This document shows positions 39,348 to 49,330 of a stretch of 64,000 bases of DNA, piece after piece. The stretch covers positions 2,136 to 66,135 of the forward strand of contig PWYR01000014.1 in NCBI GenBank assembly GCA_003567775.1. The letters are read 5' to 3'. Within the stretch, counting starts at the first letter, position 1, and each line of letters starts with the position of its first letter. The notes under the pieces were generated by a model, which saw only the letters and a program-made list of their open reading frames with translations, was not told where the DNA came from and ran no database searches. This DNA comes from Ignavibacteriales bacterium (GTDB lineage Bacteria > Bacteroidota > Ignavibacteria > T3Sed10-11). A program made the translations under genes and the position numbers.

Positions 39348-41642
39348 ATGATCGGCAGTATTATAATTAAAATTGCATTTCTCGGAATAATAGTATCGCT
39401 TGGCGCTTATTATCTCTCGTTCAGAAATCAAAACCAAAAATTTCTTACCTACGCGCGTGCCGGATATCATACAGCGGTCGTCGGACTAATGATCGCATCG
39501 GCAATACTCATGTATCTTATCCTAACACATCAGTTTCAATATACGTACGTCTGGAGTTACAGCTCCACAACACTGCCGACAGGGCTGCTAGCCGCCTCGT
39601 TCTGGGCAGGGCAGGAGGGAAGTTTCCTTTTATGGGCGTTGTTAGCAGGTTTGGTCGGTGTTTTTCTCATGTCGTATTCCACCAATAAAGGGTATGAAGG
39701 GCAGTTGATGTTCGTGTATTCGATGATTGTCGGTGTATTACTGCTGATGCTCATAGTGAAAGATCCTTTTATGCGGGTGTGGCAATCGTTTCCCGGACAG
39801 GTTGAAGCAGGATTTATACCACCGGACGGGCGTGGCATGAATCCTTTGCTACAGAATTACTGGATGGTGATCCATCCGCCGATACTTTTTGTCGGATTTG
39901 CGGCAATGGGTGCGACCTATGCTTTTGCGGTCGCCGCGTTATTGAAAAAAGATTACACACACTGGGTGCGTCCGGCAACACCGTGGTTTGCATTCGGTGT
40001 GCTGTCGCTCGGTCTGGGCATTATGTTAGGCGGATACTGGGCATACGAGACGCTCGGCTGGGGAGGTTACTGGGCCTGGGATCCGGTCGAGAATTCATCG
40101 CTTGTACCCTGGCTGATCGGTCTCGCTGCACTGCATACCATGCTGGCACAGCGACGGAGCGGCGCTTTTGTTCGGACCAATCTTGTACTCGGTATTTTAA
40201 CCTTTGTTCTTGTTCTCTACAGTACATTCCTAACCCGGAGCGGTGTTCTCGGCGCTACCTCGGTGCACTCGTTCGTTGAACCCGGTTGGATGGCATATAT
40301 ACTCTTATTATCTTTTATTATTTTCTTTGGCGGTTTCGGATTGCTGCTGCTGTTTGTTCGTATGCGTGAAATGCCGAGCGTGCCGATTGAGTATAATTAC
40401 ATATCGCGCGAGTTTGCGCTCTTCCTTGGTGCGGCGTCACTCATATTCATTGCATTGTTTACTATAGTTGGGACTTCGTCGCCGATCATTACCAATTTGA
40501 TCAAAGGTCAGGTCAGCGCGGTAGATATTTCGTTCTACGAACAGACGACCACGCCATTCGGCATTGCGGTTGCATTCCTTGCCGGGTTTGCACAGATATT
40601 GTGGTGGAAATCATCGAAAACGAGGACCATCTTAAAGAACATGCTGCCGGCACTGATCATTGGCGCCGCTGCGACCGGCGTTATGATCGCGTTTGGATTA
40701 TCGACGATTATGATGATCCTGCTGACATTTGCCGCCTGGTTCGTTCTGATAGTAAATATACAAATCGCATATAAGATCGGACGCGGTAATCCAAGCTTTG
40801 TCGGCGGTGCAGTTGCCCACATCGGCGTCGGGTTGTTATTTCTCGGATTTATTACCACCGCGATGTACGATCGTCAACAGACGATACAGCTTGTACAGGG
40901 CGAACCGGTCGAAGCGCTCGGGTACAAGCTCACGTATACCGGTTATACACCTGCCGGCCATGAACGGTGGGCATTTAACGTTACCGCGGAACGAAACGGA
41001 AGGACTATCAACCTTGCACCGGTTATGTACCAGAGCGATTTCAATAACAGTTTGATCCGTAACCCGGATATTGTAAACCGGTTAACGTTCGACTTTTACC
41101 TTGCCCCACTCGGACTCGATACGAAAGAGATTGAAGGCGTTGCCGGGAGTACGCATATCTTGAACAGAGGTATAGCGATGGCGTATGAAGATTATTCGAT
41201 CACGTTCGTCGGTTTCGATATGGATAGCGATCGCCATATGATGGGAAGCTCGAATGAGATGGTGATTGGCGTGATACTCGATGTTACATACGACGGAAAG
41301 ACCGAGCGTGTTGTACCGGAAGTCGTTAACCGAGCGGGAGAGATGGATTTCCGTCCGGGCATGACAGCCGATGCGAAATTGCAGTTCAACGTGCAATCAA
41401 TCCGTCCGGATCAGGACAATCCCGACCGCTCGAGCGTCAGTGTTGAAATTATAAAAGGCGGAACAAAGCTTGCATCATCGGGTCCTGCACGAACGCAGGA
41501 TGTGCTTATCGTGGAGGCAAGTATCCAGCCGTTTATTAATTTGGTGTGGCTTGGAACGATAGTCGCTATAATCGGATTGATTATCACGATAGTCCGCCGC
41601 TCCCGTGAAGCCAGGCCGAAGGATCAGGAGGCGTGGGGATAA
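39348..41642 (+). CDS. ccmF: cytochrome c-type biogenesis protein CcmF (heme lyase/handling)
   Basis: 764 aa polytopic. WWD domain GWGGYWAWDPVEN, conserved His-containing loops, C-terminal periplasmic domain plus a final TM. Confidence 0.85.
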   Translation: MIGSIIIKIAFLGIIVSLGAYYLSFRNQNQKFLTYARAGYHTAVVGLMIASAILMYLILTHQFQYTYVWSYSSTTLPTGLLAASFWAGQEGSFLLWALLAGLVGVFLMSYSTNKGYEGQLMFVYSMIVGVLLLMLIVKDPFMRVWQSFPGQVEAGFIPPDGRGMNPLLQNYWMVIHPPILFVGFAAMGATYAFAVAALLKKDYTHWVRPATPWFAFGVLSLGLGIMLGGYWAYETLGWGGYWAWDPVENSSLVPWLIGLAALHTMLAQRRSGAFVRTNLVLGILTFVLVLYSTFLTRSGVLGATSVHSFVEPGWMAYILLLSFIIFFGGFGLLLLFVRMREMPSVPIEYNYISREFALFLGAASLIFIALFTIVGTSSPIITNLIKGQVSAVDISFYEQTTTPFGIAVAFLAGFAQILWWKSSKTRTILKNMLPALIIGAAATGVMIAFGLSTIMMILLTFAAWFVLIVNIQIAYKIGRGNPSFVGGAVAHIGVGLLFLGFITTAMYDRQQTIQLVQGEPVEALGYKLTYTGYTPAGHERWAFNVTAERNGRTINLAPVMYQSDFNNSLIRNPDIVNRLTFDFYLAPLGLDTKEIEGVAGSTHILNRGIAMAYEDYSITFVGFDMDSDRHMMGSSNEMVIGVILDVTYDGKTERVVPEVVNRAGEMDFRPGMTADAKLQFNVQSIRPDQDNPDRSSVSVEIIKGGTKLASSGPARTQDVLIVEASIQPFINLVWLGTIVAIIGLIITIVRRSREARPKDQEAWG

Positions 41643-41701
41643 ATTCGGGTTTGTCTTACAAACCTGTTTCGTAGAACATAGTCAGGTTTCTTGTTTGAAA
41701 G

Positions 41702-41738
41702 TCCCCGTATGTTGAGTAGATGTACGGGGATTTTTTTT
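41702..41738 (+). terminator. rho-independent terminator after ccmF
   Basis: 8-bp stem TCCCCGTA / TACGGGGA with a 13-nt loop, then TTTTTTTT. A second hairpin GGTTTGT-cttac-ACAAACC lies at 41647..41663. Confidence 0.55.
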
Positions 41739-41755
41739 ATGCGCTGAATGTAATA

Positions 41756-42001
41756 ATGAATAACAATGTCGTTAGGATCGTTCAAGAAATAAAGAACGAG
41801 ATAGCGTATTTTGAAAAGTTTTCCCCTATAGTGAAAGTCGATCATATAATTGCAAGAGCGCTTAATGAGAACAATGCCAGCATTACTATGCTAAAAAAAC
41901 TCGGTTTTGAATTTATAGATAAGACTCCTTACGAAGATAAAATTAATGGAAAATCAACTGAGTGGCAAAATTTCAGGATAACAAATCACAATGGTGCTTA
42001 A
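41756..42001 (+). pseudogene. GNAT-family N-acetyltransferase C-terminal remnant (truncated)
   Basis: 81-aa ORF. IIARALNENNASITMLKKLGFEFID is the typical GNAT C-terminal motif block. The N-terminal ~100 aa expected of a GNAT are absent. AT-rich. Confidence 0.4.
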
Positions 42002-42485
42002 AGATATAATTAATAAATTAGATGAAAAATTTAATATTTCATCGTCTTCAGAACTGCACGAAGAGATAAAAATATATTTCTCCGGTTCCATTAGTGGGGG
42101 GAGACATGATGCAGATTTATATCTACAATTGATCCAATACCTCAAAAAATACGGTCGGGTTTTGACAGAACACATCGGCGATAAGCGTGTAACCAATCTT
42201 GGCGAAGACAACTTCACAGATGAATCGATCTATAAGCGTGATATATCATTACTCTGTGATGCACATGTGCTGGTCGCCGAGGTTTCAACTCCTTCGCTCG
42301 GTGTCGGGTATGAGATTGCAAAAGCCGAAGAGATGAAAAAGAAAGTGCTGTGTCTGTATAAAACACAAGACAATAAAAGATTATCCGCTATGATATCGGG
42401 TAATCCGAACGTCGTGACTGTGAGGTATACATCGTTTGACGATGCAGCAAAATGCATCGATGAATTTTTCAGTTTGCTGGATTAA
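41991..42485 (+). CDS. 2'-deoxynucleoside 5'-phosphate N-hydrolase (DNPH1/Rcl)-like protein, nucleoside 2-deoxyribosyltransferase fold
   Basis: 164 aa. IYFSGSISGGRHDADLY...GRVLTEHI, VLVAEVSTPSLGVGYEIAKA and KVLCLY...RLSAMISG align block-for-block with human DNPH1 (LYFCGSIRGGREDRTLY / VVVAEVTQPSLGVGYELGRA / RILCLF..RVLSAMIRG), including the catalytic Glu of GVGYE. Confidence 0.75.
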   Translation: MVLKDIINKLDEKFNISSSSELHEEIKIYFSGSISGGRHDADLYLQLIQYLKKYGRVLTEHIGDKRVTNLGEDNFTDESIYKRDISLLCDAHVLVAEVSTPSLGVGYEIAKAEEMKKKVLCLYKTQDNKRLSAMISGNPNVVTVRYTSFDDAAKCIDEFFSLLD

Positions 42486-42516
42486 CCAAGAAGCGTTTCT
42501 CAGTCAGGAGTCTTAA

Positions 42517-43401
42517 ATGAACATCCCCGGTTTACGAGAACTAAATCCTCTCACGATATTAAAGCGCTCAGTTACCTATTACCTCGAAAATGATATGCTT
42601 ACTTATGCTGCAGCACTGGCGTTTCAGGCGTTGTTTTCGATCTTTCCGTTTATGATCGTACTTATCGCAATGCTCGGTCTGTTCGATTTAATGTATTTTT
42701 TTGATTGGATACGGCAGCAGGCGGCTCTATTGTTACCCGATGAAGCAATGAATCTTGTCGATAATGTGATTGGCGAAGTCCAACGACCGCGCGGGGGATT
42801 GCTTTCGATTGGATTAGCCGTTGCGTTGTGGGTAGCATCGGGAGCGATGAGGGTTACAATCAATGCGTTAAATGTCGTGTACAAAGTAAAAGAAGGACGT
42901 CCCTTCTGGAAACTTTATCCGCTCTCGATACTATATACACTTTGTATAGCTGCTATGTTGATTGCCGCTGCGATATTAATGGTCATTGGACCGCAGGCGA
43001 TGCAATGGCTTGCAGAACAGGTTGGTCTGGAACAGCTCATTGTCACATTGTGGACCTGGTTGCGAATACCGGTAGCTTTACTCTTACTTATGCTCACCGT
43101 GGCATTTGTTTACTTTATTGCGCCTGATGTCGAGCAAAAAATCCGGTTTATTACCCCGGGGTCGGTATTATCTGTTCTCGTATGGGTCGCTGCATCGGCC
43201 GGCTTTGGTTTTTATATACAAAATTTTGCAGATTACAGCGCGGTGTATGGAAGTATCGGCACCGTAGTAGTTTTAATGATGTATTTTTATGTTTCCGCGG
43301 CGGTGTTGCTTTTTGGCGCCGAACTGAATGCGGTAATTGAAGACCTTGCCCCGTCGGGGAAAAATCTCGGGGAGAAAAAGTTCAAGCGTCGGAAAAAATG
43401 A
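42517..43401 (+). CDS. YihY/BrkB family inner membrane protein
   Basis: 294 aa. TYAAALAFQALFSIFPFMIVLIAMLG and a polytopic profile typical of the YihY/virulence factor BrkB family. Confidence 0.75.
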   Translation: MNIPGLRELNPLTILKRSVTYYLENDMLTYAAALAFQALFSIFPFMIVLIAMLGLFDLMYFFDWIRQQAALLLPDEAMNLVDNVIGEVQRPRGGLLSIGLAVALWVASGAMRVTINALNVVYKVKEGRPFWKLYPLSILYTLCIAAMLIAAAILMVIGPQAMQWLAEQVGLEQLIVTLWTWLRIPVALLLLMLTVAFVYFIAPDVEQKIRFITPGSVLSVLVWVAASAGFGFYIQNFADYSAVYGSIGTVVVLMMYFYVSAAVLLFGAELNAVIEDLAPSGKNLGEKKFKRRKK

Positions 43402-43420
43402 CGTTCAATATTCGATGTAG

Positions 43421-45892
43421 CTACACGACTTGATAGCCGGCTTCTTCCACTTTTTGTTTTACGGTTTTGGTATCTAATTCATTGTCGTGTACGATCACGA
43501 CATTGTTATTTTCATGCGATGCTTTTACATCGATTATACCCGGAATTGTTTGAAGCGTCTTCACGATTGCCATTTCACAATGACCGCAAGACATCCCGTC
43601 TACGTTAATTGTGGTTTGCTGATTCATATTAACCTCCTTGTTACGTTTTGAGTTTTGTATTTTAACCGGAGAAAACCGTTTTAAACGTAATGAATTGGTC
43701 ACCACGGATACCGAACTCATTGCCATTGCAAATGCCGCAAACATCGGATTCAATAAACCGAGGGCTGCAAGCGGTATACCGGTGGTGTTGTACACAAACG
43801 CCCAGAACAAATTTTGTTTGATTGTCTTAAACGTTCGTCGTGAGATTGCGATCGCATTTACGACTCCCTGCAGATCGCCTTTCATCAATGTTATATCCGA
43901 TGCCTCCGTTGCGATATCGGCGCCGCTGCCGATGGCGATACCCAGATCTGCTTGTGCAAGTGCGGGTGCATCGTTTATACCATCGCCCACCATCGCAACT
44001 GTTTTTCCTTTATCCTGATATTCCCGTACGATCGATGCTTTTTGATCGGGCATTACACCCGCTTGAAAATAGTCGATACCGACCTGTCGGGCGATTGCCT
44101 GTGCAGTTGTTTCGGTATCGCCGGTGATCATAATGACCTCGATACCCATTTGGTGCAACTGTCGTACTGCATCGCCGGAGTTTTCTTTTATCACATCGGC
44201 AATGCCGATCGCCGCGGCGACGGAGCCGTTAATTGCACTATAAACGACAGTCTTCCCCTCGGATTCAAGCTTGCTGACGATTGATTCCATATCGGTCGTA
44301 TCAATGGAACGGGAAGTCAGAAACGATTTATTACCGATAACTATCCGCTTGTTATCTACCGTTCCGGTGACACCAAGACCAGCATAAGAATCGAATTGCT
44401 CCGGCTCTGTAAGCTCACCGTTTTTCTCAATTGCATATTGAACAACCGCCCCGGCAAGCGGATGTTCCGATTTATTCTCAAGCGACGCTGTCAGTTGTAA
44501 GATTTCTTCCTCTGTATAATTTTTACTGTGCGTTAAAAAATCGGTAACGACCGGTTTGCCGATTGTTATCGTTCCGGTTTTATCGAATATCACCGTCTGC
44601 ACTGCCTTTGCCTTTTCAAGCGCTTCGCTATTCTTGATCAGTATACCCATCTCCGCGCCTTTGCCGGTTCCGACCATAATGGCGGTGGGTGTAGCGAGAC
44701 CGAGGGCGCACGGACAGGCGATGATCAGTACGGCGACAAAATTCAAAAGAGCGACGGTCAATCGCGCATCGTCGGTTCCGGTAAAATACCATCCGAAAAA
44801 CGAAACGACGGCAATGGCTATGACAATCGGTACAAAAACCGATGCAACTTTATCCACCAATTTTTGTACCGGTGCTTTGGTTGCCTGTGCGTCCTGCACA
44901 AGTTTAATTATCTGCGAGAGCACTGTATCCTTACCCACCTTACTCGCTGTGTATGTAAAACTACCGCTTTTATTCATAGTTCCGCCGATTATCGTATCGC
45001 CTGTTAATTTTTCAACAGGGATGGATTCACCGGTGATCATGGATTCATCAACCGATGAATATCCATGTTCGACCCGACCGTCGACCGGAATTTTTTCGCC
45101 CGGTTTGACGATAATTAAATCGCCTACTATCACATTTGAGATCGGGATATCCTGTTCGTTGCCGCTGCGAATGACGCGTGCGGTCTTTGGCTGTAATCCC
45201 ATCAACTTTTTAATCGCTTCGGATGTTCTACCTTTTGCCCGGGCTTCGAGCAGACGACCGAGCAGTATAAGTGTAATAATAACCGCCGCGGTATCATAGT
45301 ACACATGTGGCGTCTCACCGGCGGCAGCAAACACCGAGGGAAAGAACGTTGCCGTAGCACTGTAAAAATATGCAGCCGATGTACCGATCGCGACGAGCGA
45401 ATTCATATCGGCAGTAAAGTGTTTAGTTACAACCCAAAAACCCGAAAAAAATCTGCTGCCTGCCCAGAATAATACCGGAGTTGTAAGGACGAAAAAGATA
45501 TAATTCCATGTTTGATGCGACAGAGAATGAATAAGGGGAAAATTTTCCCACATTAGTCCCATTTCAAAAACAGTTATCGGGATAGTGAGAAGTGCGCTTA
45601 CTATAAATCTTAACTTTACATCTGCATAATCTTTATCACGCCGGGCATCCCGGTCGCTTTTATCTTTAATGTCGGGTATGGAATATCCCGCTTTTTCAAT
45701 CGCATTACGGATTGCTTCATCCTGCACCTTCTCCGAACGAAACCTTACAACGGCATCTTCAGTTGTGAGGTTTACGCTCGCATTGGCAACGCCATCTATT
45801 GATTGTAGTGCTTTCTCCACGCGCGAGACGCAGCTTGCGCAGGTCATACCCGATATGGGAATTGTAACTTGTGATTTTTTTTCTTCAGTCAT
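43421..45892 (-). CDS. copA: copper-translocating P1B-type ATPase with N-terminal and C-terminal heavy-metal-associated domains
   Basis: 823 aa. N-terminal [18 protein letters not shown] motif [18 protein letters not shown] phosphorylation site, GDGINDAP. Fused C-terminal [15 protein letters not shown]. Confidence 0.9.
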   Translation of the reverse strand: MTEEKKSQVTIPISGMTCASCVSRVEKALQSIDGVANASVNLTTEDAVVRFRSEKVQDEAIRNAIEKAGYSIPDIKDKSDRDARRDKDYADVKLRFIVSALLTIPITVFEMGLMWENFPLIHSLSHQTWNYIFFVLTTPVLFWAGSRFFSGFWVVTKHFTADMNSLVAIGTSAAYFYSATATFFPSVFAAAGETPHVYYDTAAVIITLILLGRLLEARAKGRTSEAIKKLMGLQPKTARVIRSGNEQDIPISNVIVGDLIIVKPGEKIPVDGRVEHGYSSVDESMITGESIPVEKLTGDTIIGGTMNKSGSFTYTASKVGKDTVLSQIIKLVQDAQATKAPVQKLVDKVASVFVPIVIAIAVVSFFGWYFTGTDDARLTVALLNFVAVLIIACPCALGLATPTAIMVGTGKGAEMGILIKNSEALEKAKAVQTVIFDKTGTITIGKPVVTDFLTHSKNYTEEEILQLTASLENKSEHPLAGAVVQYAIEKNGELTEPEQFDSYAGLGVTGTVDNKRIVIGNKSFLTSRSIDTTDMESIVSKLESEGKTVVYSAINGSVAAAIGIADVIKENSGDAVRQLHQMGIEVIMITGDTETTAQAIARQVGIDYFQAGVMPDQKASIVREYQDKGKTVAMVGDGINDAPALAQADLGIAIGSGADIATEASDITLMKGDLQGVVNAIAISRRTFKTIKQNLFWAFVYNTTGIPLAALGLLNPMFAAFAMAMSSVSVVTNSLRLKRFSPVKIQNSKRNKEVNMNQQTTINVDGMSCGHCEMAIVKTLQTIPGIIDVKASHENNNVVIVHDNELDTKTVKQKVEEAGYQVV

Positions 45893-45991
45893 CTTACTAT
45901 TGTAATTGATTTCTCTCGATGATATTGCTTTAATATAACATCAAAAAATGATCCGTGCGTTACAAATAACTAGTTTTTTTGTGCAAAATTT

Positions 45992-46570
45992 TCAGGTGAG
46001 TTTATCGATAGGTTTTCTTTGATTTCCGACCATTTTCTTGAATTGTGTAGGTGAGAGACCGGTAATTTGCTTAAATTGATTGGAGAGATGCTGTGTGCTG
46101 CTATAATTAAGCCGGTAGGCAATCTCACTGAGTGTTAACTCTTCGTATTTGAGCAATTCTTTTACGCGTTCGATCTTTTGAAGTATGACATATTTTTCAA
46201 TCGTTAAATTTTCGACCGATGAAAACAGGGTGCTCAGATATTTATAATCCATTCCAAGTTTTTCGGAGAGATATGCCGAGAGTGTTCGTTGGTGCACATC
46301 ATTTTTTTCCTCAATGTTATAGAGTAAATCAATGACTGCTACTTTTATCTTTTCGACGGTTTTGCGCTTTTTGTCTTCAAGCAATTCAAATCCGTTCGAT
46401 TCCAGTGCGTATTTCAGTTCTTCATACATATCCGGTGTGAGATTGTCGTCGATTTCTACTTCCCCAAGCTCGACGCGCTTAACCGGCAGTCCGATGTTCT
46501 CAAGCTCATCCTTGATCACGCGAATGCAGCGAGGGCAAACCATATTTTTAATATATAAGTGAGTTGTCAT
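45992..46570 (-). CDS. AraC-family transcriptional regulator with N-terminal heavy-metal-associated (CxxC) domain
   Basis: HMA-like IKNMVCPRCIRVI at the N-terminus. C-terminal AraC HTH (EIAYRLNYSSTQHLSNQFKQITGLSPTQFKK). Directly upstream of copA on the same strand. Confidence 0.75.
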   Translation of the reverse strand: MTTHLYIKNMVCPRCIRVIKDELENIGLPVKRVELGEVEIDDNLTPDMYEELKYALESNGFELLEDKKRKTVEKIKVAVIDLLYNIEEKNDVHQRTLSAYLSEKLGMDYKYLSTLFSSVENLTIEKYVILQKIERVKELLKYEELTLSEIAYRLNYSSTQHLSNQFKQITGLSPTQFKKMVGNQRKPIDKLT

Positions 46571-46670
46571 AGTTTACAATTAATAAAAAAATGAAAAGGG
46601 TGGCGTTCAATGGTTTCCCTATTATTCCAGCCATCCCTGTGTTAAATGTTCTGCAAAGACATTTTGTATT

Positions 46671-47135
46671 TTATAGCTTGTTCAACATTGAATTATTTAT
46701 ATCCATTGCGTCTTTGAGACTCCGGTTAATGCGGGTCGCAAGGATGCGGATACGCCGCAGGTTTGGTTCCTCCGCATCTAACTGTTCCCGTAAGGAGTCC
46801 ACCATCGGTTTGGTGTCATTGCAGATTTCATAAAGTTGGTCTAATTCTGTGGCTACCCTGATTTTCTGTTGCGCCGTAAGAAGTGATTCTATTTCTCTGA
46901 GTGTAAAAAGCAATTCTTTCAGGTTCGTATCGATTATCGTATAATGGGCGCGTGCGACCGCTTCATTATATTTATTCTCTTCGATCATTTGCTGGATCAT
47001 AAATGCGTGACCGCGAACCAAACGACACTCCTCCTGCATTTCCTGTATCTTCTCTTTGACTTGCGCAAAGATAGGTAGAATCAACAGACCGATAAGGGCG
47101 ATAGAAGATAAGTATTTTATCATGTTCCCCTCCAT
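46671..47135 (-). CDS. hypothetical periplasmic alpha-helical protein
   Basis: 154 aa. Signal peptide MIKYLSSIALIGLLILPIFAQ. Helical heptad-like sequence. Adjacent to the copper regulator. Confidence 0.35.
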   Translation of the reverse strand: MEGNMIKYLSSIALIGLLILPIFAQVKEKIQEMQEECRLVRGHAFMIQQMIEENKYNEAVARAHYTIIDTNLKELLFTLREIESLLTAQQKIRVATELDQLYEICNDTKPMVDSLREQLDAEEPNLRRIRILATRINRSLKDAMDINNSMLNKL

Positions 47136-47267
47136 ATGTAAAGTAAGTCTCCAATCATAATATATTCTCTAATTCAATAAAAAACAAATACCTATAAGGA
47201 TTATTGCAACAAATTATTATTGATTATCCAAAATTATATTTGTATCTTACTTTATTGTAAAATTTTG

Positions 47268-47377
47268 TCAGAGAGGTCAAGTGCTGTGCAACGATGACAT
47301 GCCGAACCCCGCCAGGCCCGGAAGGGAGCAACGGTAGGCATAGATCATTGTGTGACACAGCGAGCTTGGCCTCTCTT
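47268..47377 (+). ncRNA. ffs: signal recognition particle RNA (small bacterial 4.5S-type SRP RNA)
   Basis: Long terminal helix GAGAGGTCAAGTGCTGTG ... CACAGCGAGCTTGGCCTCTC. Domain IV motif CCAGGCCCGGAAGGGAGCAAC matches E. coli CAGGUCCGGAAGGAAGCAGC. Followed by a T-run. Confidence 0.75.
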
Positions 47378-47671
47378 TTGTATTCTATTTAAAAATTTTC
47401 GCTTAAATTTTTACTTGAAACAAAACTCGATAAGTATTACATTTAAACTAATTATATAGTTTCGGGTTTTGTAATAAAAGTAAGTGTTTTATGAGATTTT
47501 CATACCAAATATTCTTTCTAAAATTAATTGTCTTAATCGACCGCTGGGTTGCAACATACATTTTTATAAGCATCGAAGGAGATTATATCATTCCGTCTGT
47601 AGCCCCCGCGGGAGAGTTAAAATTGTACTGTTTTAATAGTGTGCCCACAAGGGCAGAGGATTTTTATCATA

Positions 47672-49318
47672 ATGAAAAAAGAGATAATTATGAATGCAAC
47701 CGCCAACGAGACCCGCATTGCGATTACGGAAGACGGGCGATTGGCGGAATTGTATGTCGAAACCCCCGAAACCGAACGTATGGTGGGGGACATTTACCTT
47801 GGCAAAGTTGCGCGTGTTTTACCCGGTATCAAAGCGGCGTTTATAGATATTGGTCATAAGCAAGATGCGTTTCTCCATTTTTCGGATATTGGCAAAAATG
47901 TAGATCAATATGCGACGTTATTTGAAAATGAGGATGCGGATGTTGAGTCGGATGACGATGACGAAGAAGAATCTGCTGGCGATACTTCCCGGCAGCCATC
48001 AACTGCTACCGCCGAATCAACCCGAACCATGCGACGCGGATTCAGGAGAAACCAACGCCCACAGGAAAGATCGACGGAAACGTCCTATGATGTTAATCTC
48101 AAAAAGGGACAGGATATTATTATCCAGATCATCAAGGAACCAGTCGCGAACAAGGGCGTTCGTGTTAGCTCCGAAGTATCGTTGCCCGGAAGATACCTCG
48201 TATTGATTCCGTTCGGAGGGGGGAAAGTTGGGGTATCACGTAAGCTTACAAACTATAAGGAAAAGCGTCGCTTACGACGTATTGTCCGGTCGATATTACC
48301 GAGCAATTATGGCGCTATAATCCGTACTGTTGCCGACGGTCGGGATGAATCCTCGATAAAGAACGATCTCAGGGATTTACTCGATACCTGGCAGGAGATA
48401 GAACAAAGCGTTAAAAGTGAAGCGGCGCCGATGCTGCTTTATAAAGATGTGAGCACAACTTCGAGTGTTATTAGGGATTTGTTCCAAAGCGATGTCGCGC
48501 GTGTAGTTGTTGACTCCAAAAAGCTCTATCGGGAAATAAGAACATACGTAAAATGGTTTGCCCCGCGATTGGTAGATAAAGTCGAGTTATATCGTGGACG
48601 CGAACCGGTGTTCGATGTATTTGGTGTTGAGAAGGAAATAGCGAAGTCATTACAGCGGAAGGTGTGGCTGAAGAGCGGTGGCTATATTATTATCGAGCCG
48701 ACCGAGGCGATGGTGGTCATTGACGTCAACAGCGGCAGGTATGCTGCAAACCAGGCGCAAGAATTAAACTCGCTGCGAACCAATCTTGAAGCAGCGCGGG
48801 AAATTGCACGTCAGATCAGGTTGCGCGACATCGGAGGTATCATCGTTATCGATTGTATCGATCTTGATGATGAGAAGAATCAGAAAAAAGTATTCGATGA
48901 GTTTAAAAAAGAATTAAGAAAAGATAGTGCAAAATCGACCGTGTATCCGATGACCGAACTTGCTCTTGTGCAAATTACGCGTCAACGTATTCGTCAAAGT
49001 ATATTGCACAGCTTCGCCGAACCCTGCCCGACATGCGGCGGCGGCGGTCTTGTTGCTTCGAAGGCATCAATTGTTAATCGCATTGAACGGTGGCTGCGAC
49101 GAATGGCTTCTGATTCGAAAGAATTTAAATGGACATTCTATGTCAGTCCGATTCTGGCCGATTTTCTAACTGAGGGCTTCTTTAGCAAACTGCTGAAGCT
49201 TCAAATAAAATACCGTGTACGATTAACGTTGCAACCGGATTCAAATCTTGCTATTGATGAATTCCGGTTTATTTCGCATAAGCAGAAAAAAGATGTAACA
49301 GAAAAATATGTTGAATAA
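47672..49318 (+). CDS. rng: ribonuclease E/G family endoribonuclease (RNase G-like)
   Basis: S1 domain (GDIYLGKVARVLPGIKAAFIDIGHKQDAFLH), DNase I-like and Zn-link CPxCxGxG (CPTCGGGG). About 550 aa as in RNase G. Start ambiguous (47639, 47672 or 47690). Confidence 0.8.
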   Translation: MKKEIIMNATANETRIAITEDGRLAELYVETPETERMVGDIYLGKVARVLPGIKAAFIDIGHKQDAFLHFSDIGKNVDQYATLFENEDADVESDDDDEEESAGDTSRQPSTATAESTRTMRRGFRRNQRPQERSTETSYDVNLKKGQDIIIQIIKEPVANKGVRVSSEVSLPGRYLVLIPFGGGKVGVSRKLTNYKEKRRLRRIVRSILPSNYGAIIRTVADGRDESSIKNDLRDLLDTWQEIEQSVKSEAAPMLLYKDVSTTSSVIRDLFQSDVARVVVDSKKLYREIRTYVKWFAPRLVDKVELYRGREPVFDVFGVEKEIAKSLQRKVWLKSGGYIIIEPTEAMVVIDVNSGRYAANQAQELNSLRTNLEAAREIARQIRLRDIGGIIVIDCIDLDDEKNQKKVFDEFKKELRKDSAKSTVYPMTELALVQITRQRIRQSILHSFAEPCPTCGGGGLVASKASIVNRIERWLRRMASDSKEFKWTFYVSPILADFLTEGFFSKLLKLQIKYRVRLTLQPDSNLAIDEFRFISHKQKKDVTEKYVE

Positions 49319-49330
49319 AACGATATTTAT

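Noticed and set aside
41720-41755. ORF-track start (ATG 41720) for the GNAT remnant
   Set aside because: That ATG lies inside the stem of the ccmF terminator hairpin. ATG 41756 (MNNNVV...) is the more plausible start, if the remnant is expressed at all.
43421-43630. Possibility that the C-terminal HMA domain of CopA is a separate copZ gene
   Set aside because: The reading frame is continuous from the P-type ATPase core into the HMA, with no stop and no RBS or start context. I treated it as a fusion but flagged it for read-level verification.
47491-47859. 122-aa ORF upstream of and overlapping rng
   Set aside because: It is out of frame with rng, extends into the conserved S1-domain coding region, and is Cys/Arg-rich junk. 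The region is better explained as the rng leader.
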